Origin: a virus
Taxonomy: Duplodnaviria; Caudoviricetes
DNA: 64,000 bases
Virus record (IMG/VR): IMGVR_UViG_3300021400_000379
Location: 1-64,000 of that record
Reading direction: 5' to 3' (one strand)
Numbering within the stretch: position 1 is the first letter of the stretch; each line of letters starts with the position of its first letter. The position numbers and the translations under genes are program-made. The notes below the pieces were generated by a model that had not been told where the DNA came from, did no database searches, and saw only the letters and a list, made by a program, of their open reading frames with translations. Shown here one piece after another: positions 19,239-28,791 of this stretch.

Positions 19239-19363
19239 AGAATTACAGAGGTTATCTGAAGAAGAACAGAAAAGGTTCTGGCATGATGTCTTCGGTATTC
19301 CCTACGAAAAACCGCTTAATCCCTCTAATGAAACCATTTTGAATAAAGAGTGCAGGTGATATT

Positions 19364-19558
19364 ATGAAGACGTCTTTAGAACCGGAATGCCCCGTCTGTG
19401 GAACGATAATGGAGCTCATGGAAGATATCGACCATGAGTTCCAAGATATGGAAGCTTGGAATTTATTGCAATACCATTGTCCAAAGTGCAACGAGTCACA
19501 TGCGTTGTACATGGTTTACAAATTCGACCATTACGAATCAAATGAAGAGGATGAATAA
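19364..19558 (+). CDS. Zn-ribbon protein
   Basis: CPVCG...CPKC..LYMVYK. Confidence 0.7.
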   Translation: MKTSLEPECPVCGTIMELMEDIDHEFQDMEAWNLLQYHCPKCNESHALYMVYKFDHYESNEEDE

Positions 19559-20188
19559 ATGCCGGATACGGAACACGGATTCAAGTATAGCTTGGGAAAT
19601 ATCAAGATGAAACACGTCATGAGTTTCTCGGTGTTGCCCTTGGTAACTTGTGCGAAGAATGTGCCTTGTAAAAAGGAATGTTATGCCGCAAGGATGTGCA
19701 GGTTCAGGCCGAATGTCAAAGACTGTTATCGGAAGAACACCGATTTGCTCAAGGCAGGGAAATACAAGACGTTCATCGAGGATTTCTTCGATGTGATCCA
19801 AAAGAAGCACGTGGATAAATTCAGATTCAATGTCGCAGGAGATTTCTTCAATTCCACATACCTCTGCGCGGCAATAGATCTTGCCATATCATGTCCGAAT
19901 GTGAAGTTCTGGGCATTCACCAAACAATGGGACGTGGTCAAAGATGTATTGGAGAATGATTGCTCGATCGAGGAATGGCCCGCGAATTTCAATCTGGTCT
20001 TGAGCAGGTGGGGGGAGTATGTCCCGCCCAAAGAGCTTTCGGATTTGTTTGGAGTATGCTGGTTCGGGGACAAGGAAGGGAAGTATCCGTACCCCGACGA
20101 CGCATTCATATGCGACGGAGGTTGCGAGACTTGTATGGTATGTGCGAATCTGAAAAAAGGACAAAATGTGGTTATCCACCAACACTGA
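19559..20188 (+). CDS. GP88-like phage protein (Cys-rich, radical-SAM-like)
   Basis: GNIKM, TCAKNVPCKKECYA, FRFNVAGDF, FWAFTK, C..GCETC..C, C-terminal H. Confidence 0.75.
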   Translation: MPDTEHGFKYSLGNIKMKHVMSFSVLPLVTCAKNVPCKKECYAARMCRFRPNVKDCYRKNTDLLKAGKYKTFIEDFFDVIQKKHVDKFRFNVAGDFFNSTYLCAAIDLAISCPNVKFWAFTKQWDVVKDVLENDCSIEEWPANFNLVLSRWGEYVPPKELSDLFGVCWFGDKEGKYPYPDDAFICDGGCETCMVCANLKKGQNVVIHQH

Positions 20189-20197
20189 GGTGAATAT

Positions 20198-20557
20198 ATG
20201 ACGAATCTACTGGAAGAAGTGACCCCTTTGATTGAGGAGTATGGGGAACCGAAATGTATCAAGATATACAACAGAAGAATCAGCTGGGATAGATTCCGTG
20301 AGCTTGCTGCCAAGACCAATTATGACTCTGGGTACGGAATGCACGAGATCGAGGGCTCACTGATGCTGATGTGGGACACGAAGATCGCAGTGAGAGCTGT
20401 GTATGACGGAGCCGAATGGTTCGATGTTGTAGACATATCGATACCCGATGAGGACATCTCCGATGAGGTGACCTCTCTCGAGTATCTTCCCATATATGAT
20501 CAGGACGAGGATTTTCCGTTCAACGATGGCTCTAAAGACCCAATCGGAGGCGAATGA
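20198..20557 (+). CDS. conserved phage hypothetical protein
   Basis: MTNLLEE...YDSGYG...R..YDGAEW motif set. Confidence 0.7.
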   Translation: MTNLLEEVTPLIEEYGEPKCIKIYNRRISWDRFRELAAKTNYDSGYGMHEIEGSLMLMWDTKIAVRAVYDGAEWFDVVDISIPDEDISDEVTSLEYLPIYDQDEDFPFNDGSKDPIGGE

Positions 20558-20881
20558 ATGGATAGAGATGTAAGTGCAGATGTAGAACTGCTTAAAATGA
20601 ATGCTAAAATTGCGCCGCAGAAGGTCGCATTCGACCTGACTCGTCTCGCAGATTTAGTTGCATGTATGACACATGATGAGCTTGTGATTTGGAAAGAATT
20701 TGTTGCGGCAGAGATTATGGCTCATGCCACAGACTATGCGAATGAGAATGTCAGGAGCAAAGAATTCAATGGATTATCTTTACCCGAAGCGATCTTGACT
20801 GTTGCGACAAATATCGTATTCAACATGTCAACATCATTTACGGATAAAATACACGGAGAAAAGAAAAATGAAGTCAAATGA
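20558..20881 (+). CDS. hypothetical protein
   Basis: GGAGG RBS, coupled. Confidence 0.7.
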   Translation: MDRDVSADVELLKMNAKIAPQKVAFDLTRLADLVACMTHDELVIWKEFVAAEIMAHATDYANENVRSKEFNGLSLPEAILTVATNIVFNMSTSFTDKIHGEKKNEVK

Positions 20882-21188
20882 TATAGTCGGGTATAACGGC
20901 ATAGATATACGTGAACCGTTCGTTGCAAGGTGGGTAACCTTGTATGATGAGGATGGAGATATGATTGCCACCGGCGATGATTGGCAGGGTGGTGATATCC
21001 CAGTTAAAAGTTGGGTGGACCTGGTGGATATGCTCGAACAAAGCGGTAACCTTAACTGCTTTGATGTGAGGTCCTTGGAATTCCAGACATACCTGACTTA
21101 TAACAATGGAGTTCAACTCGGAACTCTGAATGACTATGTAGTGGATTGGGTAGAAGGTATGCCCCGCCTATCGAGGGTGATCGCGTGA
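20868..21188 (+). CDS. hypothetical protein (tandem paralog of next gene)
   Basis: GG..VKSWVDLV. Confidence 0.65.
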   Translation: MKSNDIVGYNGIDIREPFVARWVTLYDEDGDMIATGDDWQGGDIPVKSWVDLVDMLEQSGNLNCFDVRSLEFQTYLTYNNGVQLGTLNDYVVDWVEGMPRLSRVIA

Positions 21189-21547
21189 GGAAGTATTCCT
21201 CTGTGGCTCTGCTGGCCGAGAAATGGTTGCATAACTCTATCGACGTCAGCAGGTCATTCACGGCTCATCAGGTATATATCTATGGAGGTACATCAAGACG
21301 CCCGCAACAGCTGTATGGTGGACATACATGGGTAGTAAAGGATTGGGTCGACTTGGCTAGAAGAGCTGCGGAGGAATACTCTGAAGTTACCTGTGTGTCG
21401 TTCATGACGTTTCACTATACGGAGAGAGGAGGAAAAGCAAAAGCTGACACAGTTATGACTTATGAAATACAGTGGGATCAATTGAACAGACCTATATTGA
21501 AACTTGTTTTAGATTATCCAGAATCAGGAGTGAGAAAAAATGGATGA
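21185..21547 (+). CDS. hypothetical protein (tandem paralog of previous gene)
   Basis: GG..VKDWVDLA; GTGA overlap. Confidence 0.65.
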   Translation: MRKYSSVALLAEKWLHNSIDVSRSFTAHQVYIYGGTSRRPQQLYGGHTWVVKDWVDLARRAAEEYSEVTCVSFMTFHYTERGGKAKADTVMTYEIQWDQLNRPILKLVLDYPESGVRKNG

Positions 21548-21668
21548 TGACTATTATGAAGAACCTGAAGAAGTTTATGAAGAATCTCCTTGCAGGACAT
21601 GCAAGGCAAAGGGAGAAGGCTGCCAAGGCTGTATTTGGGGCGAGGAGCCCTGACAAGGAGGATAGACC

Positions 21669-21998
21669 ATGGATGTATGGGAAGAATATGTCACGCTTAC
21701 TCCCTCGGAGTGGTATGAATGGTTCATCATGGCAAACAGAGACGTCTCTGTTACGTTCGGGAACAATATGAAAGCCAGAGCCTATGTCGTTGGCAGGCAT
21801 GACAGCCTTACTAAAGGGCACTACGACGGAGAGTATCTCAATATCGAGCTGTGGTCCGAGGACAACGACGGTCCAGATCCCGATTATGAGATCGCCATCG
21901 ATCTCTGGAGTTCCTGCCTAGAGATAGAGTTCTGGATTAATCAAGACCAATACATCATTCACATCGGAGTAGATGAGATACCTGAAGGAGATATATAA
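21669..21998 (+). CDS. acidic hypothetical protein
   Basis: AAGGAGG RBS. Confidence 0.7.
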   Translation: MDVWEEYVTLTPSEWYEWFIMANRDVSVTFGNNMKARAYVVGRHDSLTKGHYDGEYLNIELWSEDNDGPDPDYEIAIDLWSSCLEIEFWINQDQYIIHIGVDEIPEGDI

Positions 21999-23300
21999 AT
22001 GACAAAAACAGAGGACGCGCCTAAAAAGCTGAGAGTAATCGAATTGTTCTCAGGTATCGGCGCCACAAGAGCGGCCCTTGACCGCTTAGGGATAGATGTA
22101 GAACATGTTGCACAATGCGAACTCGATAAGTACGCTGTAATATCTTACAACGCCATCTTCGGAGAGACTCCGAACCTCGGGGACATCACCAAGGTGGAGA
22201 AGCTGCCTGAATGCGACCTCTTGTCTTGGACATTTCCCTGCACCGACTTGTCGAAGGCCGGTCGCGGCGCAGGGATGGATAAAGACAGCGGTACCAGGAG
22301 TGCATTGGGGTGGGAGGTCATCAGACTTCTGAATGCCGCCGAAGTCAAACCCGAATGGCTTTTGATGGAAAATGTGCCCGCGGTTCATAGTAAAAAGAAC
22401 ATCGGCGTATTCAATGAGATGATCAAAGCACTGAGTGATATGGGATACAACTCTGTATGGCACGATATGAAAGCGCAAGACCACGGTATCGGGCAAAATC
22501 GTAACAGATGTATCATGATCTCCAGGCTGAACAAAGCCGTGCCTGAATTCGGGAAACCCCGTGCAAATGCGAAGAAGACCGTACTTCGCGATTTCTTGGA
22601 GGAGAATGTCGACCTCAAGTATTACCTGAACGAGAAAGACTTGCAGAGGGTACTGTTTAAGAACGACAAGAACAAGGAACGTGGCAGGCATTTCGACTTT
22701 ACACCCAGAACTCCTGACGCACCTGCGTGTACAGTCACGGCCAAGGCGGGGGGCAGAGAGACAGACAACTATGTCATGTGTAAATTAGTGGCCAATCTCA
22801 ATAAACCCGGGTGGCATGAATGTTGTAATAGAGTCTACTCCCCTGATGGATTAAGCCCTACAATCAACACTTGCCAAGGCGGAGGACATGAGGTAAAGAT
22901 AGCCTTCAAGGTCAAAGGCACGCTCAAAGTCGTGAACGGATCCAAGAAGGGATACATGGAGGCCAAGGCCGGTGATGGTATCATATTAGGGTTCTATACG
23001 GGGTCCCAGACAGCCAGAGGCAGAGTGCAGAACCAGATGGCGCCTACGCTCCAGACGAGTATCAATGCAGCCGTTGTGGAATTTGACGGAGAGTATTGGG
23101 CTATGAGGAAGCTGACACCCAGAGAATGCTGGAGGCTGTTCGGAAGGACTGACTCCGAATTCGATGCCGCCGTGAATGCGGGGATTAGTAATACCCAGCT
23201 GTATAAACAAGCGGGGAACTCGATTGTGGTCAATGTTCTGGAGGATGCGTTGAAAGATGTGTTATTGGACAATAAGAAAAGTCAAAGTAAACTAATTTGA
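21999..23300 (+). CDS. DNA (cytosine-5) methyltransferase
   Basis: LFSGIGA, FPC, ENV, QNRNR, LTPRECWRL, KQAGNSIVV. Confidence 0.93.
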   Translation: MTKTEDAPKKLRVIELFSGIGATRAALDRLGIDVEHVAQCELDKYAVISYNAIFGETPNLGDITKVEKLPECDLLSWTFPCTDLSKAGRGAGMDKDSGTRSALGWEVIRLLNAAEVKPEWLLMENVPAVHSKKNIGVFNEMIKALSDMGYNSVWHDMKAQDHGIGQNRNRCIMISRLNKAVPEFGKPRANAKKTVLRDFLEENVDLKYYLNEKDLQRVLFKNDKNKERGRHFDFTPRTPDAPACTVTAKAGGRETDNYVMCKLVANLNKPGWHECCNRVYSPDGLSPTINTCQGGGHEVKIAFKVKGTLKVVNGSKKGYMEAKAGDGIILGFYTGSQTARGRVQNQMAPTLQTSINAAVVEFDGEYWAMRKLTPRECWRLFGRTDSEFDAAVNAGISNTQLYKQAGNSIVVNVLEDALKDVLLDNKKSQSKLI

Positions 23301-23306
23301 CTTTTC

Positions 23307-23645
23307 TTGACATTTCAGGAGATGAAGATGTACAGGATTTGTGAATATAATCGGAAAGGGATACGGTTATTCGTGCAGTGCCCGTGTGGTACCGAGGTAG
23401 AGGTTGCTAGATACAATGGAGCTCATACGAAGATAACTATCGTCGAAGCTCCTGAATCGGATAACCTTTGCGTTGTAGCTGTATCTCCTTTTGTTAATCC
23501 TACTTTTGTATTCTGTGCTAATGAGTTTAGAGTATACTGCAAATTAACGAGATATATCACCGATATGACAAATGGAAAATTTGTGAGAGTGGTCGAAGAT
23601 GACGTTGAAAAAAGAATACCAAGTCTTCTCGGTGAACCCAGATAA
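23307..23645 (+). CDS. hypothetical protein
   Basis: ORF track; exact start uncertain. Confidence 0.55.
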   Translation: MTFQEMKMYRICEYNRKGIRLFVQCPCGTEVEVARYNGAHTKITIVEAPESDNLCVVAVSPFVNPTFVFCANEFRVYCKLTRYITDMTNGKFVRVVEDDVEKRIPSLLGEPR

Positions 23646-24027
23646 GGGAATAAACGGTGTTCTGCATACTGTGGATGATCCTGCATTCCTGAACTGGTTT
23701 TTTGGAACTGATAACCTGATTTTTCCGAAGTATTATGCGGGATGTATGCCGGTTAGAGTGATGTGTAAGTATCACCCTAGCTCGAGTGAATTCCCGACAA
23801 TACACATCGGTGACTGGGAAGCCCCCTTAACCAAGGGGCCGGTAATGATCTTCGGATCCACACCCAAAGGTTGGCAAAGGTCTCTGACCGATGAGGAAGT
23901 TAAACATATAGAATCTCTTGGAGGGTTAGTGTGTGTGAATATTGACGCTAGAAATTCTCGCGTGGGATATTCATTAGCTAGATTCAATGATTCCCCGGAT
24001 ATTCAAATCTGGAAGGAGGATGAATGA
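23599..24027 (+). CDS. hypothetical protein
   Basis: ORF track; coupled to next gene. Confidence 0.6.
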   Translation: MTLKKEYQVFSVNPDKGINGVLHTVDDPAFLNWFFGTDNLIFPKYYAGCMPVRVMCKYHPSSSEFPTIHIGDWEAPLTKGPVMIFGSTPKGWQRSLTDEEVKHIESLGGLVCVNIDARNSRVGYSLARFNDSPDIQIWKEDE

Positions 24028-24173
24028 CTACTTGTTATTTTTGCGATAAGCAAGAGAAGTGCTATCTATGCGATCATAGGATAGACAACGTCGTTCTGAT
24101 GGTGTATGCGTGTAAAGCATGCATCGCCCTCAAAACCTCTTCCGCTACAAATGTAGCGAAACCTCTTAAATGA
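24024..24173 (+). CDS. Zn-finger microprotein
   Basis: CYFC...CKAC; AAGGAGG RBS. Confidence 0.6.
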   Translation: MTTCYFCDKQEKCYLCDHRIDNVVLMVYACKACIALKTSSATNVAKPLK

Positions 24174-24197
24174 TGAAAAGACTATGGAGATGATAGA

Positions 24198-24371
24198 ATG
24201 GCAAATGATCAAGAGGAGGGTCGGTATTATGCCGTTCCTCCGTGTATATGTCCGCCTACTTGTAAGAAGTGTAGGTCTAATGCAAATATAGAAATCCTAG
24301 ACCGCCCAGATAGTTGGACTTACTACTGTGTTAAATGCCGTCGCGAGATTGATGCGGAGGAATTCATGTGA
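24198..24371 (+). CDS. Zn-finger microprotein
   Basis: CKKC...CVKC. Confidence 0.6.
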   Translation: MANDQEEGRYYAVPPCICPPTCKKCRSNANIEILDRPDSWTYYCVKCRREIDAEEFM

Positions 24372-24607
24372 CCGAGCCCATAGCTGTAATCGCCACCTGC
24401 ATCAGGTCGTATAATGATAAGCTGGAGCCGATATGGCTCGCAAAGTTACTGAAACTGTAGAAGAAGACGTATGGCCGTACACTGATCTGTACTGCTCTGG
24501 ACCAACTGTCCGATTTATGCCTTTTAGAGGGTGTATGGATGAAACTAGATGGGCGGTGGATCCGGACTCTGAGAGTACCTGAGGACAACCCATGGGGGAC
24601 ACAATAA
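24368..24607 (+). CDS. winged-helix protein with in-frame TAG at codon 31 (79 aa by read-through)
   Basis: GTGA overlap, GGAGG RBS, TAG 24458-24460, ALDQLSDLCLLEGVWMKLDGRWIR wHTH downstream, TAA directly before the terminator. Confidence 0.75.
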
Positions 24608-24650
24608 ACCATTTACCAAGGGGATTACCGATAATTCGGTAATCCCCTTT
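24606..24650 (+). terminator. AAACCATTT plus 14-bp hairpin
   Basis: AAGGGGATTACCGA-TAAT-TCGGTAATCCCCTT. Confidence 0.75.
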
Positions 24651-24692
24651 GTGGGAATCTCTCACATCTCCCAAAAATCGAGGCGAAAATTC

Positions 24693-25442
24693 ATGTCAAT
24701 TCCGAAGCAAGATCCGATAGAACGTCAGAAGGCATTTCTGAAACAGTATCTTCTTCAACAAGACCCTTGTCTCGACTACGCGGACATCGTATTTGATTTC
24801 CGCAACTTCAATGAGCCCAAAAGTGTAGTCTATATAGATGGGAAACAGGTGCTTCACATCTATATGGATACGTGTTTCTCGATATACTCCGCACATAAAC
24901 TCAAGCCAATCGCGATACATTTGATGAAGTGGTACGAGGGCAGTGTGCCCACCATGTACCCCGAGAATATATGGGTCATGTTATCTCGCCCGGAAATCCT
25001 CCCCGTCATTAAACACAAATTTGACGTATATTACAGAGTGCCTCCTAAGACTTGGGTAGAACCTGAAAATCTCAAAGAGTATAGGGAGAAGATAATCTCC
25101 CTCTTGCGTGAGAGACATCCGAGGATGACTAAATACCTTGATAAATCCGATATTCTGATAAGTTGGAGGCAGATGGAGAAGGATGTCTCACGCATACCGA
25201 TTGCAGACACGGATCCCTATGGGAACCGCATATTCCTAGACCCGATAATTGCCACCGCGCCTATCGAAGTGGGGATGTATATCCTTCGGCATGAGTTGGC
25301 GGTTATAAAGGACTTCAATTACAGCTCCTTGAAGGCAAATCCCCGTAAAGTACGGGAGACTTTATGCCAATCTAAGGCAAATGATAATGCACGCGATTAT
25401 ATGATTAAACATGGATGGTGGTTCAAGTATGACAGAACATAA
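24693..25442 (+). CDS. degenerate SprT/DUF45-like zincin (HELAV)
   Basis: RIFLDPII..AP.EV..YILRHELAV; second His missing. Confidence 0.55.
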   Translation: MSIPKQDPIERQKAFLKQYLLQQDPCLDYADIVFDFRNFNEPKSVVYIDGKQVLHIYMDTCFSIYSAHKLKPIAIHLMKWYEGSVPTMYPENIWVMLSRPEILPVIKHKFDVYYRVPPKTWVEPENLKEYREKIISLLRERHPRMTKYLDKSDILISWRQMEKDVSRIPIADTDPYGNRIFLDPIIATAPIEVGMYILRHELAVIKDFNYSSLKANPRKVRETLCQSKANDNARDYMIKHGWWFKYDRT

Positions 25443-25893
25443 ATGGTATAATGGGCCCTCTGATGTGCCCGCATTTATCTACGTGTATAAACACAAGCTC
25501 TTTGGACGCTTCAAAGATGACTGCGATACGCTGACTAATGTCCGGGGACAGTATGATGAACTAGGGTCTAAGTATGGATTTATCTACAAATTCCCTAAGA
25601 AATTCACAATCCAGCTGGATTACTACCCTAAATCGATAGATGATCTTTGGATTGTAAGGCCGACAGTATACTGCGGAAAAGTAGAACTCGGGCCCTTGAA
25701 CAATATCGAGTTCATAAACGACGGTGACGCAGTCCAAGTCAAGACTGGGCTGCTCACGCTGATATTCGACCTCCCCGGTGTAGAAAAGAGATACAATAAT
25801 CTCGTAGCCGGAGAGAAGATGAACGAGGATATCGATAAACGGGAAAAGGAGGAAAATGATGTCATCGAGTCTTTCAGGTATCGGTACGGATAA
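25429..25893 (+). CDS. hypothetical protein
   Basis: Coupled ORF. Confidence 0.6.
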   Translation: MTEHKWYNGPSDVPAFIYVYKHKLFGRFKDDCDTLTNVRGQYDELGSKYGFIYKFPKKFTIQLDYYPKSIDDLWIVRPTVYCGKVELGPLNNIEFINDGDAVQVKTGLLTLIFDLPGVEKRYNNLVAGEKMNEDIDKREKEENDVIESFRYRYG

Positions 25894-26329
25894 ATGTCCA
25901 CCCAGTAAACATCCCTTATATGAGGTCTGGCGCACTATCAAGAAACGTACCGAACAGAAGGACTACAAAGACTATGCCAGGTACGGCGGTCGCGGCATCA
26001 AGATGTGCGACGAATGGCGCAACGATTACATGGCATTCTACCGCTGGGCTTTGACACACGGATGGAAAAAAGGTCTCACTCTTGATAGGGTTTGTAACAA
26101 CCGTGGATATAACCCCTATAATTGCAGATTCGTCTCCAGAAAAGCTCAGGCAAACAATAGGTCTACCAACACCAAAGTCACGGTCAATGGTGTGGAGAGG
26201 ACTATTGCTCAGTGGGGCAGAGTCAATCATATCGGAGAGACCACGATATTACAGAGAATTGCTCGCGGATGGTCCCCCGAAAAAGCAGTTACAACTCCAT
26301 CCAGAGAATATGAGAAGAAGGGGGACTAA
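25856..26329 (+). CDS. HNH (His-Me finger) endonuclease-like protein
   Basis: LY.VW..IK.R, YGGRGIKMC.EW, LDR..NN.GY.P.NCRF, QANNR. Confidence 0.85.
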   Translation: MMSSSLSGIGTDKCPPSKHPLYEVWRTIKKRTEQKDYKDYARYGGRGIKMCDEWRNDYMAFYRWALTHGWKKGLTLDRVCNNRGYNPYNCRFVSRKAQANNRSTNTKVTVNGVERTIAQWGRVNHIGETTILQRIARGWSPEKAVTTPSREYEKKGD

Positions 26330-26345
26330 GTCCCCCAAAAAGTTT
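26320..26345. terminator. convergent terminator between the two genome arms
   Basis: GGGGGAC-TAA-GTCCCCC; on the - strand the stop is followed by AAACTTTTT. Confidence 0.7.
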
Positions 26346-26636
26346 TCAGTAGTGTCCGAGAACCCTGATTTTTACGATGCCTTCTGTTGCGGTAACGGTA
26401 GGGGTGATGACCCACTTGCCATTAGTCTTCGCAATAGTTGCAGTTCCTCCAACGAATGGAAGAACACTCTCAGGGACGAAGCGCTCGGGGAGAGTGATGG
26501 TACCTGCAGTAACTGCAGATTCATCCTCTCCTCCGAGTTTGCTGGCGTCGATCTCACACACTACCATGGTCATACCCATGAAGTTCCAAGGTCCTCCAGG
26601 AGTGATGTTCCAAGGCATTGTTGGCATCGTTATCAC
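26346..26636 (-). CDS. putative head decoration or minor structural protein
   Basis: 96 aa beta-rich protein downstream of the capsid gene. Confidence 0.55.
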   Translation of the reverse strand: MITMPTMPWNITPGGPWNFMGMTMVVCEIDASKLGGEDESAVTAGTITLPERFVPESVLPFVGGTATIAKTNGKWVITPTVTATEGIVKIRVLGHY

Positions 26637-26923
26637 CTGATGAGCACGTAAACGGTACAGTCAGTGGAAGCTACCAGAGGCGTAACTGTGATTTGAGCAC
26701 ATGTCACGACTCCTGTGGTTTTGTCCACACTGCGCTGACGGGTAAGTGTAGCAGTTGCGGTACCGTTGATAGATCCTACGAATGTGACATCATCGGGGAG
26801 GTTAACCTCAGTAACCGCAGTTTTAGATCCATCTGCGGTAACAGTGACCTCGAAGACCTTGTTGAGAAGGATGTTCGCGGTAACGTACTTAGAGTCTTTA
26901 AGAGTAGAGCTTGGATCAGTCAT
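26633..26923 (-). CDS. putative head decoration or minor structural protein
   Basis: 96 aa T/V-rich protein directly after the capsid gene; AAGGTGA RBS. Confidence 0.55.
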   Translation of the reverse strand: MTDPSSTLKDSKYVTANILLNKVFEVTVTADGSKTAVTEVNLPDDVTFVGSINGTATATLTRQRSVDKTTGVVTCAQITVTPLVASTDCTVYVLIR

Positions 26924-26934
26924 TTAAATCACCT

Positions 26935-28290
26935 TCAAGCGTCATCCTGAATTCCGGTAATCCTTCCGGAGGTGATGAACTTGTCAATCCTGGACTCGCA
27001 CCTCATGTGCATGAGGTTGTGCTCCTTGTACTCCTTCATGACGTTGGGGTCATTGTTGGTGTACATCTCGAGAGGAGTGAGCAGAGAGATCCAGTAGTGG
27101 TCGTAGTCGAGAAGCATGAGGTCACCCATCTCGTTGATAGAGGGCATCTCATCTGCATAGTTGAACGCAACGTTTGCGTCCTCGACCATGGGAATTCCCT
27201 CGAAAACGTTGACCTTCATTCCAACTTCCCTTCCGGGCTCAAGAGTGATACCGTTGAAGGATTTGGACATGTACTCCTGGTTGATGAGGACGTTGTTAGC
27301 CAGCATCAGAGTGGAGATCTTGTTTCCGAGAATGGGGGAGAGCACGAATGCCTTGTTGGTGTACTTTCCTTCCCAGTTGATAGAACAGGCGGTCTTGAGC
27401 CTCTTGATGTCTGCGAGGGAGATTACGCCTCCACCAAGGTCGATCCACTGTCCGTCAAGGTTGTTCTTCTTGTGGTTAGCTCCACCTTTCCTGAGCTTAT
27501 AGAAGTCTCCGTCACCTCCTCCGAAGGGAGAGACCATTTCCTCAGTGATGGTAGATGTCTGAGGAACACCAGCAGCGTTGTAAATGGTGTTTTTACCAAC
27601 ATTGGTTCCGTTTGCTTCCTTACCGGATGCGATACACCTGTATACAGAGTTAAGAGAAGTCTCAACAATTGCGTCGGATCCCTCCTCATATGCCGTAGGC
27701 ATCTCGCATGCGATAGGTCTGAGAAGAGTCCTGTCAATGTTGTTGGAGAAAGTGACTGCCATCTGGTTGCAGTATGCCTTCTTAGCCATGACATCGTCAT
27801 CCTTGTTCTCGAGAGCCTGAAGTCCGAGACCGTAATCGAATGCGAAGTCGATTTCCTTCCAAGGCATCCTGAACTCTGCAACGGGCATCCTGTAGGTAGG
27901 AGAAATCTTACCCTCACGAGTAGTGGATGCTCCGACACCAAGGAACCTGCCTGTGGTTGGATCCTTTCCGTATGTTGGGAGTTTGGTTGCGATCCTGACA
28001 CCTTCATGACCATAAGGCCTGGTCTGAACAGTAGAGTAGAAAGTCTCGCCGGTATACATGGCGAACATGGTCTCTTTACCCATCACTGCGTTGAAGTATG
28101 CAGTCTCTTGGTTGGGGTAATTAGTACCCCTCCATCCGTATGCTGCTGCACCCGCGGATTTACCAATCGAGCTGGATTTAGCCGCGGCGAAGCTCCTGTC
28201 ATAATAGTCATTAATGTAACCTTCCGTCTGAGAGGGATCCTCAGCGTAGGTGGTAAAGTAATGACCATTCACCTGATATATTCCAGACAT
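26935..28290 (-). CDS. major capsid protein (HK97 fold, archaeal tailed-virus type)
   Basis: Position after protease and scaffold, size, YFNAVMG...GVRI, FEGIPM, LMLLD, C-terminal GRITGI. Confidence 0.85.
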   Translation of the reverse strand: MSGIYQVNGHYFTTYAEDPSQTEGYINDYYDRSFAAAKSSSIGKSAGAAAYGWRGTNYPNQETAYFNAVMGKETMFAMYTGETFYSTVQTRPYGHEGVRIATKLPTYGKDPTTGRFLGVGASTTREGKISPTYRMPVAEFRMPWKEIDFAFDYGLGLQALENKDDDVMAKKAYCNQMAVTFSNNIDRTLLRPIACEMPTAYEEGSDAIVETSLNSVYRCIASGKEANGTNVGKNTIYNAAGVPQTSTITEEMVSPFGGGDGDFYKLRKGGANHKKNNLDGQWIDLGGGVISLADIKRLKTACSINWEGKYTNKAFVLSPILGNKISTLMLANNVLINQEYMSKSFNGITLEPGREVGMKVNVFEGIPMVEDANVAFNYADEMPSINEMGDLMLLDYDHYWISLLTPLEMYTNNDPNVMKEYKEHNLMHMRCESRIDKFITSGRITGIQDDA

Positions 28291-28353
28291 AGTAATTACA
28301 CCTGTTGTTATGAGAATTTATCTCGTCAAATATAAAGGTATATCATAAATTAC

Positions 28354-28791
28354 TCAATTTCTATGACTTCTACAGAACATCTCGTAATCTTTCCAATCTT
28401 TTTCAACGGCGAGAGCAGGGTCCATACCTTTTGTCCATTTGACTGCATTCACACCTTGCGGTTTGTCAGATTCTGCCATGGATTTCTCTATTGAATAAAG
28501 GTCGGGACGTGCAGATCCTGCGTATCCTGCATGCGGGCGATCTTCCATCTTGATGATCGCTCTCGCCTCAGCCAAAGTTTTGATATGCCTGTGTTCCCTT
28601 ACACTTTTGTATATCGGTGCAGAGTCTGATTTTGTGATGGACTCTTGGGCAGGGATATACGGGTTTGGAGCATTATTGATATATGCTACCTCTCCCGCAG
28701 TGTTGGTGAAGAGGGGGATTGCCCCCTCAGGCACATCTTCTATCTTGTTCACCGTGCCGGTGTGGTTCTGTACGACCTCATCACGCGTCAT
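28354..28791 (-). CDS. scaffold-like head protein
   Basis: Immediately upstream of the capsid gene; ITKS, IYKS, IEKS motifs. Confidence 0.6.
   Translation of the reverse strand: MTRDEVVQNHTGTVNKIEDVPEGAIPLFTNTAGEVAYINNAPNPYIPAQESITKSDSAPIYKSVREHRHIKTLAEARAIIKMEDRPHAGYAGSARPDLYSIEKSMAESDKPQGVNAVKWTKGMDPALAVEKDWKDYEMFCRSHRN

Noticed and set aside
26911-28335. Long antisense ORFs (also 10236..11228, 37867..38610, 43011..43748, 54405..55283)
   Set aside because: Shadow frames opposite well-supported genes, with no RBS or motifs
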